Below, one piece after another: positions 7,267 through 16,702 of a stretch of 31,660 bases of DNA. The translations under genes and the position numbers were made by a program. The DNA is from a virus (lineage: Duplodnaviria > Heunggongvirae > Uroviricota > Caudoviricetes > Peduoviridae). Below the pieces are notes generated by a model. The model was given only the letters and a program-made list of their open reading frames with translations, made no database searches and had not been told where the DNA came from. Within the stretch, counting starts at the first letter, position 1; each line of letters begins with the position of its first letter. The stretch is taken from the IMG/VR virus record IMGVR_UViG_2541047727_000009; one strand, written 5' to 3'.

Positions 7267-9996
7267 TTACACCTGTGCGACGTTATACCATGTGCCATTG
7301 ATGTATTTTTGTATTGGTCTGAATACTGCCGGGTCATCACCATCGACTTCACCGACAATACCAAGCCCCGTGATTACATGGCCTGATTTTTCATACATCA
7401 CGCCTTTTTGCATGGTCTGAACAACACGTGTGCCAAGTCTGACATCTCTCACATAGCGGGAATCAAAGTTACCGTAATCCGAGGGATTAACACGCCCCGT
7501 AATATTTATGGTTTTATTACTTTGAATACTTCCCGAGACAAAGCGCATAACATGGACGCTATTAGCATAAACATCCAGATTACCATCACCATTTTGTTTA
7601 AAGCCCGTGTCATTATCACCCAAAACAATCGAATTACCGCCAAGAGCACTGGATGTTCCTATACCCAGTGCACCATTCAATTGACCACCAGATAACGGCA
7701 GTGCACCGACATCTCCCGCTGTAGGTTTTCGCGTTGTAGTATAAAACTCAGACCAGTCAGCCTCGAATCCGTAACCGTCACGAGCAGAACGATAAAAAAT
7801 ACCGCCGTTCTTATAATTAACGCGGAACTGGGCGGCGGGGCAACTTCCTTCACCGATATTAAAATGAAGAATTAACGTTGATGCCCCACCAGTAGTTGCG
7901 TTATAGGCTCCGCTACTCCAGTTCCATCCAACGGCTTTATCATTCGCAACGGTGTCTCCTGTTTTTCCTGAAGCAAATGCACCAATATTTTTCGGCGTCA
8001 GGTTAATATCTGATGTTCCATCAAACGAAACGTTATTAATTTTACGGGCTGTTTTCAGCTTTGTTGCTGTCGCCGCATTGCCGGACAGTTCACCAGAAAG
8101 GCCAGCACTGAATGTCTGTTTCGCGCCCCATGTCTGGGCTTCGTCAATGATTGGTACTCGTCTTGCTGTAATCGTGCGACTTCCCGGATTTCCTGAAATA
8201 CGCACCATAAAAAAGCGGTAGTTGGCCTTACTTACAGTGCTGCGCCATACATGCATTGAGCGCCCCGTACCGGAATCATCACTCGGACCAACTGCGATGT
8301 TTATCAGGTTGCCATCAATGACGCCCCAGTCCATACCGTCGGGAATGTTGGTCATATTATCAAGCCGAACGGTTATCAGACTGCCCGGCACAAAATCGTA
8401 TGTCTGCCAGTCCAGGCTGGTGAGTTTTGCCACTGCGCCACCGATACCCAACTCTAACGGCAAAGAGTTTGAGTTATAAATCTGTCGCCACTCCCCCCAC
8501 GCGTTAAATGAGCCACCAAGAAAAACTCGCTCATATAAACGGTCTTTTGTAGCTGCGCTGGTTCCTGTGGTCGTGTAACGTTGCAAAACATAGACACCAT
8601 CCTTGCGCCTGATGACTTCCAGAAAACCAGACTGCCCCTGGATTGGGGTGTGGGTCGCTTTGCCTGTCACACTGTAAATACCCGGAGACATCAAATCATC
8701 CAGGTCATCCTCATAGAAGGTACTACTGGTCTGATAACCAATTTGGATCCAGTCTTCCCACTGTGGATTTTCTGCATCCCATTTGGCTGTCAGGCCGCGA
8801 ATATACATAGTCCCGTTACGGGTTGTATAACGCTGCGTGCGTCCATATAGCCCACCTTCGAAAATTTCCAGAATGCCCTGCGCGTCTCCTCCCTGCTCAG
8901 GGTAATGTCGTTCAAAAGAAGCTATTGCTGAACTGCTGTTTCTCCATAGACCTAAATGTTCTGCGCCACCGAGAGAGTTAAGGTCAATGGTCGTACTTAG
9001 AGCACGCGTTACAGCCTGAACATGGCGCCATGCTCCCCATGGTCCATCATTACCATTCCATGTTCCAATGAGTTTGCGGATATACAAATTTCCGTCACGT
9101 GTGGTATAGCGTTGCGTGCCTGCAAAATTGCCGCCAGCAAAAACCTCAAGCACACCGACAGCATTATCTTCCGGGAAATTTTTCTCCAGTGTTGCGTTGG
9201 TGGACGTTGCTTTAGACCAGATACCTGAATAAGCCTTAACAGGACCAAATGTATTCAGGTCGGCATCAACAGGCATTTCGCCGTTGTTTTTCATAAACGT
9301 CAGGCTGGTAACGCCAACATTGTCCAGAAAAGCTGATTTATCCTGGATATCTGCACCGTTCTGATTTTTCGCCAGACGTGAATTTGCGTTGTCATTTGCT
9401 GCCTTGACCGCTTTTGGCGTTGCCGCCAGCTTTTCACTGGTGCTGTTTGTTGCACTGCTTAACTGAGTAAAACCTTTTTCTGTCAGCGTGGCGTCAGGAT
9501 GGCGGCGGGACTGCTCATGCTCTGCGATTTTGTCATCGACGTAATCCTGCGTCGCCATCACCGTGCTGGCATCAATACTCAGCTCAACGGACGCCACGTT
9601 GCTGAGAATAATAACCATGCGGCAGGTCTGCGCACGTCCGGAGCCTTCAGCCAGTTCTGGCTTATAGCTTTCTGCCATGTTGGATACCGCAATCAGTGTT
9701 CCGGCATCGTCATACAGACCAAGCTCACGCATCCAGAAGCCGCCCACTTCGGGCGGTACAACCAGTTCAGCCACGATATAGTTTTTATTCTTGTTATCCA
9801 CGCTGACTTTATTCAGAGCGTGACGCCAGACCTCATGCACCAGTTTCGTCTGACCGGCATCCGGCACCGGCAATTTGCCATTACCGTCACCCACGGCCAT
9901 TGCAGACAGGTTTACTTTTTTCCCGCCGGGGACAGTGGCGGCTGCCAGCTTTGCGGCTCCGGCAGTAGTGATAACGGTTTTAAATTTCGTGCTCAT
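7267..9996 (-). CDS. H: tail fibre protein H, 909 aa (extended, mosaic distal region)
   Basis: 909-aa ORF after I; three tandem ~45-aa repeats each containing QRYTTR(D/N)G..YIR; distal half lower in GC than proximal half. Confidence 0.9.
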   Translation of the reverse strand: MSTKFKTVITTAGAAKLAAATVPGGKKVNLSAMAVGDGNGKLPVPDAGQTKLVHEVWRHALNKVSVDNKNKNYIVAELVVPPEVGGFWMRELGLYDDAGTLIAVSNMAESYKPELAEGSGRAQTCRMVIILSNVASVELSIDASTVMATQDYVDDKIAEHEQSRRHPDATLTEKGFTQLSSATNSTSEKLAATPKAVKAANDNANSRLAKNQNGADIQDKSAFLDNVGVTSLTFMKNNGEMPVDADLNTFGPVKAYSGIWSKATSTNATLEKNFPEDNAVGVLEVFAGGNFAGTQRYTTRDGNLYIRKLIGTWNGNDGPWGAWRHVQAVTRALSTTIDLNSLGGAEHLGLWRNSSSAIASFERHYPEQGGDAQGILEIFEGGLYGRTQRYTTRNGTMYIRGLTAKWDAENPQWEDWIQIGYQTSSTFYEDDLDDLMSPGIYSVTGKATHTPIQGQSGFLEVIRRKDGVYVLQRYTTTGTSAATKDRLYERVFLGGSFNAWGEWRQIYNSNSLPLELGIGGAVAKLTSLDWQTYDFVPGSLITVRLDNMTNIPDGMDWGVIDGNLINIAVGPSDDSGTGRSMHVWRSTVSKANYRFFMVRISGNPGSRTITARRVPIIDEAQTWGAKQTFSAGLSGELSGNAATATKLKTARKINNVSFDGTSDINLTPKNIGAFASGKTGDTVANDKAVGWNWSSGAYNATTGGASTLILHFNIGEGSCPAAQFRVNYKNGGIFYRSARDGYGFEADWSEFYTTTRKPTAGDVGALPLSGGQLNGALGIGTSSALGGNSIVLGDNDTGFKQNGDGNLDVYANSVHVMRFVSGSIQSNKTINITGRVNPSDYGNFDSRYVRDVRLGTRVVQTMQKGVMYEKSGHVITGLGIVGEVDGDDPAVFRPIQKYINGTWYNVAQV

Positions 9997-10006
9997 TGTT
10001 TCTCAC

Positions 10007-10537
10007 TTATCCGGGATAAACAGTAATAACATCACCATCACAGACCACACCGCCTGTATACAGATAGCCGGGAATGTCCTGGATAATGTTCAGACCGATA
10101 AGGTGGCGACTTGCGGGTTTGGCATCGGCAATCAGCCGTTCCATTTCCAGATACATCTCCTCCGTGATACCGCTTTCCAGCACACCGATATCAAGGCGAA
10201 AGGTTCCGGGCGGGTCGTTTGTCTCCCACCATTCCTTTACGTTAATGAGATAGCCGAGCGGCTCCACCACACGCCGGATTGCGCCTATAGTGCCTTTATG
10301 ACAGTGGATGAAATACGCATCGCGGATAACGGCGCGTTTTGTCGCTTCCGGCCACTTTTCATCCCACCTGTCGACCGAAAACGCCCACGCCAGCCACGGC
10401 AGCAGATTTGCCGGACAGGTGTCCGGGTTCCACAGCTCACGAATACTGACCGGCGTTTTTTCAATTTCCGCACAGGCTTTTGCGGCGGCAACTTCAAGCG
10501 GTGATGAGCCGGTCGGCAGCAGTCGCGAATCACTCAT
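10007..10537 (-). CDS. I: baseplate assembly protein I, 176 aa
   Basis: 176-aa ORF overlapping the J stop by 8 nt; order V-W-J-I-H as in P2. Confidence 0.85.
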   Translation of the reverse strand: MSDSRLLPTGSSPLEVAAAKACAEIEKTPVSIRELWNPDTCPANLLPWLAWAFSVDRWDEKWPEATKRAVIRDAYFIHCHKGTIGAIRRVVEPLGYLINVKEWWETNDPPGTFRLDIGVLESGITEEMYLEMERLIADAKPASRHLIGLNIIQDIPGYLYTGGVVCDGDVITVYPG

Positions 10538-11438
10538 CCGAGCCTCCGGTCACGACGCTGTATTCGGTACAGAAAGACGCCTGCGTACTGTTGAGCACGA
10601 TGTCGGCCAGTGGTGCAGCCAGTTCGACACGCTGCACGCCTTCCACATGCAAAGCGGCATAAATGGCAGACAGACGGATGTCGCGCCCCAGCCGGTGCTG
10701 TGCCGTGATATACGCTTCCAGTTTTTTCACGGCGGCAGCGCGGATGGGTTCGCTTTCGGGACCAGGGTAAAGGTAAAGCGTGGCGTTTATCTGGTATTCA
10801 ACGATGGCGGCAGACTGCACGGTCACGCGGTCGGCCACCGGCCTGACGTCCTCGCCATTAAGGGCGTTACGCACCACAGCCAGCAGGTCTTCGGATGCGA
10901 CACCGTTATTTTCACGGGACAGCACAGAGATGGTGACGCAGGCCGGAGACGGACTGGTGACAGAGATATCCGCGACACGCCCGTCGGCACTGCGACCATG
11001 ATACTGATAGGCTCCCACCGACCCGGCGACGCTTAAGCCCTCAAACGCCTGCTGAATACGCAGACGATAATCGGTATCAGATTCCATCACTGCCGGTGTC
11101 GGCGGGATAGTCGAATCATCTGCCGGGGTGATAGTCAGACGCGTGGTGTTGTAATTGGCACCAATCACATCAAGGTCATTACCGGCGGCACAAGCCAGCA
11201 TTACCGCCCGTGCGGCCTCATTCACACGCTGACGCCAGATAAGCTCACGATAAGCATTTTCCTCCAGCAGTTTGACGAGAGGCTCAGATTCCAGCGTCAG
11301 GGTACGGGCGACCGCCTCCTGCTGGTCTTCCGGGTAAAGGGAAATCAGTGTCGCCTTGCGTTCGGCAAGAATGGTTTCAAAGTCCAGCTCCTCAACCACA
11401 TCCGGTGCGGGTAGCTGGTTCAGGTCGATAATCGGCAT
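10530..11438 (-). CDS. J: baseplate protein J, 302 aa
   Basis: 302-aa ORF; size and order equal P2 gpJ. Confidence 0.9.
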   Translation of the reverse strand: MPIIDLNQLPAPDVVEELDFETILAERKATLISLYPEDQQEAVARTLTLESEPLVKLLEENAYRELIWRQRVNEAARAVMLACAAGNDLDVIGANYNTTRLTITPADDSTIPPTPAVMESDTDYRLRIQQAFEGLSVAGSVGAYQYHGRSADGRVADISVTSPSPACVTISVLSRENNGVASEDLLAVVRNALNGEDVRPVADRVTVQSAAIVEYQINATLYLYPGPESEPIRAAAVKKLEAYITAQHRLGRDIRLSAIYAALHVEGVQRVELAAPLADIVLNSTQASFCTEYSVVTGGSDE

Positions 11439-11442
11439 GGTT

Positions 11443-11790
11443 TCAACTCACAGGGATGGTTAACGAAAGTGGCTGGCCGGTGTCGTTGTGCTGGCCGGTT
11501 AACGTAACTGTCATTCGCCCGTCAAAACTGCGCTCAGTGGTGACGGATGACAGGGTGACGCGGGGTTCCCATTTCAGCACTGCCATGTAACAGGCGACCT
11601 TAATCTGCAACTCAAGTGCCGGGGTCTGCGGCTGGTCAATCATTGACGCCAGCAACGAGCCGTAATCACGACGCATCACCCGTGAGCCGACCGGTGTGCG
11701 CAGGATATCGCCGATACTCTGGCTGATATGCTCAAGGTCAGTGACAGTCAGGCCATCACTGCGATTCATTCCGAGATAACGTGCTGTCAT
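11443..11790 (-). CDS. W: baseplate protein W, 115 aa
   Basis: 115-aa ORF between V and J; start ATG overlaps the V stop (ATGA-type coupling). Confidence 0.85.
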   Translation of the reverse strand: MTARYLGMNRSDGLTVTDLEHISQSIGDILRTPVGSRVMRRDYGSLLASMIDQPQTPALELQIKVACYMAVLKWEPRVTLSSVTTERSFDGRMTVTLTGQHNDTGQPLSLTIPVS

Positions 11791-12422
11791 AGAGGACTCC
11801 CGGTTGTGCCGCCGCTGTCGCCGGGGTGTTTATGGGTATGCAGTACCTTACCGTTTGATGAGAGTTCACCGCCGGTGTGTTCAATGTTGCCGCGCATCGT
11901 CCCGCCCTTCTGCACTTCCAGCGTGCCGGTAATCAGCTTGTTTGTGCAGACCACCTCCGGTGTGTCCAGGGTGACGCGGGTTGATGCTTTCACCATGACC
12001 ACCGGTACCGTGGCTGTAACAGAATCAGAAGCCGTCACGCTGGCCGTTTTAATTCCGCTTACCGTGAGTGCACTGGTTTCAGGTTCATACTCAATCACCG
12101 CCCCGTCAGGGAAACGGATATGCAGGGCATCCGCCGACGCAGACGGCGCGGGGTTATCGCCGGAATAAATCCCCGGCAGAACGAACGCCGTGTCGAGTTC
12201 ACCGCCCACGGCCAGAATCAGCACCTGTTCCCCCACGGAAGGTGCCCACCATGTGCGCGAACGTCCGGCGCGATGGGTCAGCCACTGAAGCCAGTCGGTG
12301 CACATGCCGCCGGTCTGCACACGGCAGCGACCGGCATTAAGGTCGGTTTCGACGATAATGCCGGAGCGGATCATGTTGCGCAGTGCGCGCGCGAGTTCCT
12401 GAATATTTGCGAGAGTGTTCAT
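11787..12422 (-). CDS. V: baseplate spike protein V, 211 aa
   Basis: 211-aa ORF, first gene after the S-V intergenic gap; size equals P2 gpV. Confidence 0.85.
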   Translation of the reverse strand: MNTLANIQELARALRNMIRSGIIVETDLNAGRCRVQTGGMCTDWLQWLTHRAGRSRTWWAPSVGEQVLILAVGGELDTAFVLPGIYSGDNPAPSASADALHIRFPDGAVIEYEPETSALTVSGIKTASVTASDSVTATVPVVMVKASTRVTLDTPEVVCTNKLITGTLEVQKGGTMRGNIEHTGGELSSNGKVLHTHKHPGDSGGTTGSPL

Positions 12423-12488
12423 AACGGGAAGGATGCCGCCGGGTCATACCGGCGGCAATGTGACGATGAGGTGTCGGGAATGGCACAA
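12423..12488 (-). promoter_or_regulatory. S-V intergenic region, expected late promoter for the V-W-J-I-H-G operon, with a GC hairpin
   Basis: 66-bp gap containing GCCGCCGG-N6-CCGGCGGC inverted repeat; P2 has a late promoter upstream of V; -10 and activator dyad not resolved. Confidence 0.3.
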
Positions 12489-12941
12489 CTAACGGTCGAG
12501 ATGAGCCAGGATAATCTCTTCAATCATCTGCACATCCTCACCGGTAAAGCCGAGCAGAGGACGCGCCGGATAATCAATTTTCTTACCGTCTTTCCGGGTT
12601 TCTTCCGACAGACCGAACTGATGCACACTGGCGATTTTCGGTGACTTTCCGCCGTAAAACTCCATTGATGCCTGTTCCGGGCTGGCGTGGATATGCAAAA
12701 AACGACTGGTGATAAGTTTCGCAAACATTTTTCGCTTAACACGACCGGTCTTTTTTCTGGCGCTCTGCTGCTGGCGTGGCGCGTAGGGTGTACCGTCCGG
12801 GGCTTTCTGGGCCATCACCCGACGCTGCTGACTCTGCCGCAGACGTTTCGCCAGTTCGGCACTCAGTCGCCGACGCCCTGACGGTGACAGCGACTCAATC
12901 AGTCCGGTCAGCCGGTCTTCAAAACGCTTAAACTCATTCAT
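12489..12941 (-). CDS. S: tail completion protein S, 150 aa
   Basis: 150-aa ORF overlapping the R stop by 8 nt; size and order equal P2 gpS. Confidence 0.85.
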   Translation of the reverse strand: MNEFKRFEDRLTGLIESLSPSGRRRLSAELAKRLRQSQQRRVMAQKAPDGTPYAPRQQQSARKKTGRVKRKMFAKLITSRFLHIHASPEQASMEFYGGKSPKIASVHQFGLSEETRKDGKKIDYPARPLLGFTGEDVQMIEEIILAHLDR

Positions 12942-13401
12942 CCCACTTGCTCACCAGTTCGCCATTGATATAAAGCTTCATCGGGCGGGTGACCGGCTCC
13001 GGCGGCGTGGGTTCCGGGATATTCTTCACATGCAGCGCGCCGTCCACCTCACTGACCAGCGTGCGTTCGGTCAGCATCAGGCTGATGCTGATATCAAAGC
13101 TGCTGTCATTGTTGATGTCTGCATAAAACGTGAAGCCCTTTTTCTGGCCTTCGTCGGTGGTCATGATGTCGGGCTGATTTTCCCGCAGCCACGCCAGCAC
13201 CGGCACGATGAGCAGGTCAAAATCACCGGTAAAGTCGGTCACAATGACATTGAGCGTGTAACGCTTTTCGAATGACAGCGACGTCGCCAGTGTGGAGGCA
13301 ATACTCCCGTTATCCACGAATATCCGCAGCATATCGGGGTTAGTTTTCAGCACCGTGACGGCATCAGTCAGCGCCCTGCGCAGGCTGTCGGGTTTGAGCA
13401 T
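12934..13401 (-). CDS. R: tail completion protein R, 155 aa
   Basis: 155-aa ORF following the lysis cassette; size equals P2 gpR. Confidence 0.85.
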   Translation of the reverse strand: MLKPDSLRRALTDAVTVLKTNPDMLRIFVDNGSIASTLATSLSFEKRYTLNVIVTDFTGDFDLLIVPVLAWLRENQPDIMTTDEGQKKGFTFYADINNDSSFDISISLMLTERTLVSEVDGALHVKNIPEPTPPEPVTRPMKLYINGELVSKWDE

Positions 13402-13654
13402 CGTTTTCGTCCTGACAGTGTTTAATCATTTTTACCTGGCTGGCACAGCGTGCCAGCGCGTTCTCAAGCTGCCGGATATCAGCACTTAAATCGCCGTTCG
13501 TCTCCGGGTCACTGCCCGGCATCGGGCAAAGGCTCACTTTCGGGCAGGCGTTGTGGACAATCACTGGCGTCTGCACAGGCTGTGCGCTGGTGCAACCGGC
13601 GCACAGCATCAGGCAGGTCAGCACCGTACCAGCGGCGAAAATCTTCGTTTTCAT
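13364..13654 (-). CDS. lysC: LysC, outer-membrane lipoprotein spanin (Rz1-like), 96 aa, overlapping lysB and R in another frame
   Basis: Internal ATG at 13654 preceded by GAGG; product MKTKIFAAGTVLTCLMLCAGC has signal peptide plus lipobox Cys; overlaps the lysB 3' end out of frame and runs into R. Confidence 0.7.
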   Translation of the reverse strand: MKTKIFAAGTVLTCLMLCAGCTSAQPVQTPVIVHNACPKVSLCPMPGSDPETNGDLSADIRQLENALARCASQVKMIKHCQDENDAQTRQPAQGAD

Positions 13655-13934
13655 TGAGTAACCTCGTGATGGTTTTCTCGCGCTGTGCTTCACGCTTCGC
13701 GGCGTTTTCCAGTTCCTGACGCAGTGCAACCTGCGCCAGCTCGTTTTTGTCTGCCCTGGTGATGGCAACATGAAGCTGATTTTTCAGCATGGTGATGGTC
13801 GACTGCTGCCCGCTGGCGACGTTGTTCGCCCTGTCCAGCGAGGCGCGCAGGCTGGCGTTTTCATGCTTCGCCAGAAACAGCCCCGCCACCGCCAGCGATA
13901 ACAACACGACCAGCACAATCATCAGCTTTGACAT
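13509..13934 (-). CDS. lysB: LysB, inner-membrane spanin (Rz-like), 141 aa
   Basis: 141-aa ORF with N-terminal TM helix (MSKLMIVLVVLLSLAVAGLFLA) and charged coiled-coil periplasmic part; start overlaps the lysA stop. Confidence 0.8.
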   Translation of the reverse strand: MSKLMIVLVVLLSLAVAGLFLAKHENASLRASLDRANNVASGQQSTITMLKNQLHVAITRADKNELAQVALRQELENAAKREAQREKTITRLLNENEDFRRWYGADLPDAVRRLHQRTACADASDCPQRLPESEPLPDAGQ

Positions 13935-14347
13935 AATTCCCGCCCCTCAAGACGCTGACGACAGGCTTTACGTATCAGCCGGAAAAACACCGACGCCACG
14001 AGGTAAATCAGCGCAGTAAAAATCCACCCGGCAGCGACCAGCGAGATAAACGTCGCCACCATCACCACCAGAGCCGCCGCCCGTCTGCGCCACGGCACCG
14101 GCTGCAAAAACAGCGACGTGACAATCTTCACGGCCAGCGATTCCGGCGGCAGCTCCCGTCCGTAGCGTTCCAGTACATACTCAGTGGCATACACACCGAC
14201 ACCACCGGCAACCACACAGATAACCGTCGCCAGAATCGCCCAGGTGGCGACAAAACTGACGGCCACGCTCTGCGGGTAAATCAGGGACAGTGCCGGCATC
14301 AGCGCCAGCGACACGTTCAGCATCAGTGAAAGGGATAATTTCTTCAT
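13922..14347 (-). CDS. lysA: LysA, lysis-timing membrane protein, 141 aa
   Basis: 141-aa ORF with several hydrophobic helices, between endolysin K and lysB as in P2. Confidence 0.8.
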   Translation of the reverse strand: MKKLSLSLMLNVSLALMPALSLIYPQSVAVSFVATWAILATVICVVAGGVGVYATEYVLERYGRELPPESLAVKIVTSLFLQPVPWRRRAAALVVMVATFISLVAAGWIFTALIYLVASVFFRLIRKACRQRLEGRELCQS

Positions 14348-14361
14348 GGTGTTTACTCCGT

Positions 14362-14859
14362 TTAAGCCGGTACGCCGCCAGCGGTACGCCAGACGGTGAC
14401 CAGTTTTTCCAGTGAATGCTCACGCTGACCGTAACCGGCACCCGGCAGGGACGCCCAGATATTGCGACAGCGTGAAATGGCGCGCTCAATACGTCCCGCC
14501 CGGATGTCATCCAGTGCACCGCGTTCGCGGATCAACTGAATGGCGAGTCTGTCCTGTGACAACGGACTGAAATCCGCCAGGGCAAGCTGTTTGCGGTAAT
14601 GCGGCCAGAACAGGTAAAGCTGCTGATAGCGACCGGAGGCCGTGGATTTTTCACCGCGACGGTTAAACACCTTCGCCGGTCGGCCATGCGCGAACGGGTG
14701 GTCACTGTAGTCGGTGAAAATTTCCGGCTTCCCGTCCAGTCCGGTGACTATCACGTCATAGCCCCGGTTTTTCGTCAGCGGATGATTCGCCGTCCCTTCG
14801 GACACGGCCAGCATGTCGAGAAAGGCGGCGATATTCTGATGCGTGTTAATTACCGGCAT
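14362..14859 (-). CDS. K: endolysin (lysozyme) K, 165 aa
   Basis: 165-aa ORF between holin Y and lysA; start overlaps the Y stop (TAATG). Confidence 0.9.
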   Translation of the reverse strand: MPVINTHQNIAAFLDMLAVSEGTANHPLTKNRGYDVIVTGLDGKPEIFTDYSDHPFAHGRPAKVFNRRGEKSTASGRYQQLYLFWPHYRKQLALADFSPLSQDRLAIQLIRERGALDDIRAGRIERAISRCRNIWASLPGAGYGQREHSLEKLVTVWRTAGGVPA

Positions 14860-15140
14860 TACTGTTTCCCCCTGCCCTTAAAGCGGCGCTGAATGGCAAT
14901 CTCAATCACCTGATAACCGGCGATACCCAGCATGGAGCCGATGCCGCACACCGCAGGCAGTGACAGGTCAGGAAACTGCACCAGAACAACACCGGCAACC
15001 ATCGAGACAAAACCACCGAGCAACATGCGCCCGATAAACAGACGCGGGGTGATGGGTTCACCACCGGCAAGCACCTTGCCGACAACAATCAGCACCCCAA
15101 TCATGAAAAGCGACAGGACGCTTTTTTCTTCTGCTGTCAT
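14859..15140 (-). CDS. Y: holin Y, 93 aa
   Basis: 93-aa ORF with hydrophobic TM segments and charged C-terminus (RRFKGRGKQ); immediately after X. Confidence 0.85.
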   Translation of the reverse strand: MTAEEKSVLSLFMIGVLIVVGKVLAGGEPITPRLFIGRMLLGGFVSMVAGVVLVQFPDLSLPAVCGIGSMLGIAGYQVIEIAIQRRFKGRGKQ

Positions 15141-15143
15141 GCG

Positions 15144-15347
15144 TTACTCCCACAGATTGACAGTTTCAGCCACGGGCGCGGTCTGAACGTCGGGCAGTTC
15201 GACGGCGGTGCCGTGCGGCAGCACCGCACCCAGTTCAGCCAGTCCCGGATTTGCGGCGAGCACGGTCTCAACCACGCCCTCAGTGCGCCCGTAATACCGG
15301 ACACAGATGGCGTCGAGCGTGTCGCCCTGTAGCGCAAAGGTCTTCAT
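15144..15347 (-). CDS. X: tail protein X (LysM-like), 67 aa from internal ATG
   Basis: ATG at 15347 overlaps the L stop (TGATG); gives a 67-aa product MKTFALQGDTLDAICVRYYG...; ORF track extension to 15416 rejected. Confidence 0.8.
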   Translation of the reverse strand: MKTFALQGDTLDAICVRYYGRTEGVVETVLAANPGLAELGAVLPHGTAVELPDVQTAPVAETVNLWE

Positions 15348-15856
15348 CAGATTTGACTCACGATGCAGCGCGGCTTGTCCTGGATACGCGCCACCGCCCA
15401 GCGCATATCCCGCCACAGCTCATCAATGGTGCTGTCTATGCTGTCGGCCTTTTTGTCGCCTTTCGCACTGGCATCCACGCCGCGATAACGCTCATAAAGC
15501 GACGCGGTCGCCATCGCACACACGGCGCGCTCGTAGTAAAAAACTTTGATACTTTCACCGTCGATGTCGTCCGCCGGAACGTCCGCCAGACGCGTAAAAC
15601 CGGCGGCAATTTTCTGTTCGCGGTACTCGTACAGCTCCGCATTTGTTTCCGCCATGCCTGACTTGATGGCCTCACGCAGACGGGCGGGGGCGACGGTCTG
15701 CTCAAGGCGCATACGTTCCCGGACGCGCTTCGGGTCGATATCGGGAAAAAAGAACGTGTTTTTAATCACCGGCTCGTCGCCTGCCGGTTGCGGGATGACC
15801 ACCGTACCCTCACCGGACACGGGAGCCTCCTTTCGCGGAATAATCAGCGTCATCAT
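15347..15856 (-). CDS. L: capsid completion protein L, 169 aa from internal ATG
   Basis: ORF-track entry begins with GTG at 15916; ATG at 15856 gives the 169-aa size of P2 gpL; downstream of M. Confidence 0.8.
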   Translation of the reverse strand: MMTLIIPRKEAPVSGEGTVVIPQPAGDEPVIKNTFFFPDIDPKRVRERMRLEQTVAPARLREAIKSGMAETNAELYEYREQKIAAGFTRLADVPADDIDGESIKVFYYERAVCAMATASLYERYRGVDASAKGDKKADSIDSTIDELWRDMRWAVARIQDKPRCIVSQI

Positions 15857-15955
15857 GACTACCTCTGAAAAGTCGGGCGGTGGACGCCGGTGCAGTGTCA
15901 GGTGATTCACCCTCACTGACCGGCGTGCCGCCCTGGCGCGGGGCGCATTCGGTTG

Positions 15956-16699
15956 TTAACTGGCTTTCTTTTTCGGGCGTCCACGTTTTGCCGGGGTCAC
16001 GCTCCGGGTCTTACGCGTGGCACGGGTGGCCGCTTTGGGTTGCGGCTCCGGCTTCGGTTTCAGCTCCCGCTCCAGTCGTTCAATCTCTTTTTTGACGCCT
16101 GCCTGACAGTCGAGCTGTGTCGCACGTTGCAGGTGCGCCAGCGCACCTGCGGCATCACCAGCGTCACGCAGAAACAGACCGGTGATTTTGTGCAGCTTTG
16201 CGCGCACTTCATCAGGCATGTCAGCCGTGGCGGTCAGTTCGAGGGTGTCCGTCAGCAGGCGGGTATCCACAGACTCACCGGCAGCGTGAGCGCGCATGGC
16301 CGCGAGCGCGACCTCCTCGGTGAACATGTACGGCGGGGTACGGCGGTGTTTACCCGGCATGGTCAGACCGTATTTCAGGGCATAACGGGCAATCTCCAGC
16401 GCACCGGCAATATCGCCGGTATCCAGACGCCACAGCATGACCGTCATCAGAATGTCATCCTGTGCGCCTTTGCCCTGCTCCAGCACGCCGTTCACCCACG
16501 GCAACCAGAACGGCAGCAGTTCGCGTTTTTTTGCGGCCTTCAGCTCTTTTGAATAAATCGCTTTCAGTGTGCGCTGGTCTGCGGCGAGCTTAACCAGCAT
16601 CTGCTCATAGACAGTTGCATGTCGCAGCGGGGCGGCTTCCCGCTGCGCGGTCATCGCTGCCGAGACCCGCATCATGTGGCGCTGTGCGGGACTCGTCAT
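15956..16699 (-). CDS. M: terminase small (endonuclease) subunit M, 247 aa
   Basis: 247-aa ORF between N and L; basic Lys/Arg-rich C-terminal tail; size equals P2 gpM. Confidence 0.85.
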   Translation of the reverse strand: MTSPAQRHMMRVSAAMTAQREAAPLRHATVYEQMLVKLAADQRTLKAIYSKELKAAKKRELLPFWLPWVNGVLEQGKGAQDDILMTVMLWRLDTGDIAGALEIARYALKYGLTMPGKHRRTPPYMFTEEVALAAMRAHAAGESVDTRLLTDTLELTATADMPDEVRAKLHKITGLFLRDAGDAAGALAHLQRATQLDCQAGVKKEIERLERELKPKPEPQPKAATRATRKTRSVTPAKRGRPKKKAS

Positions 16700-16702
16700 C
16701 GG

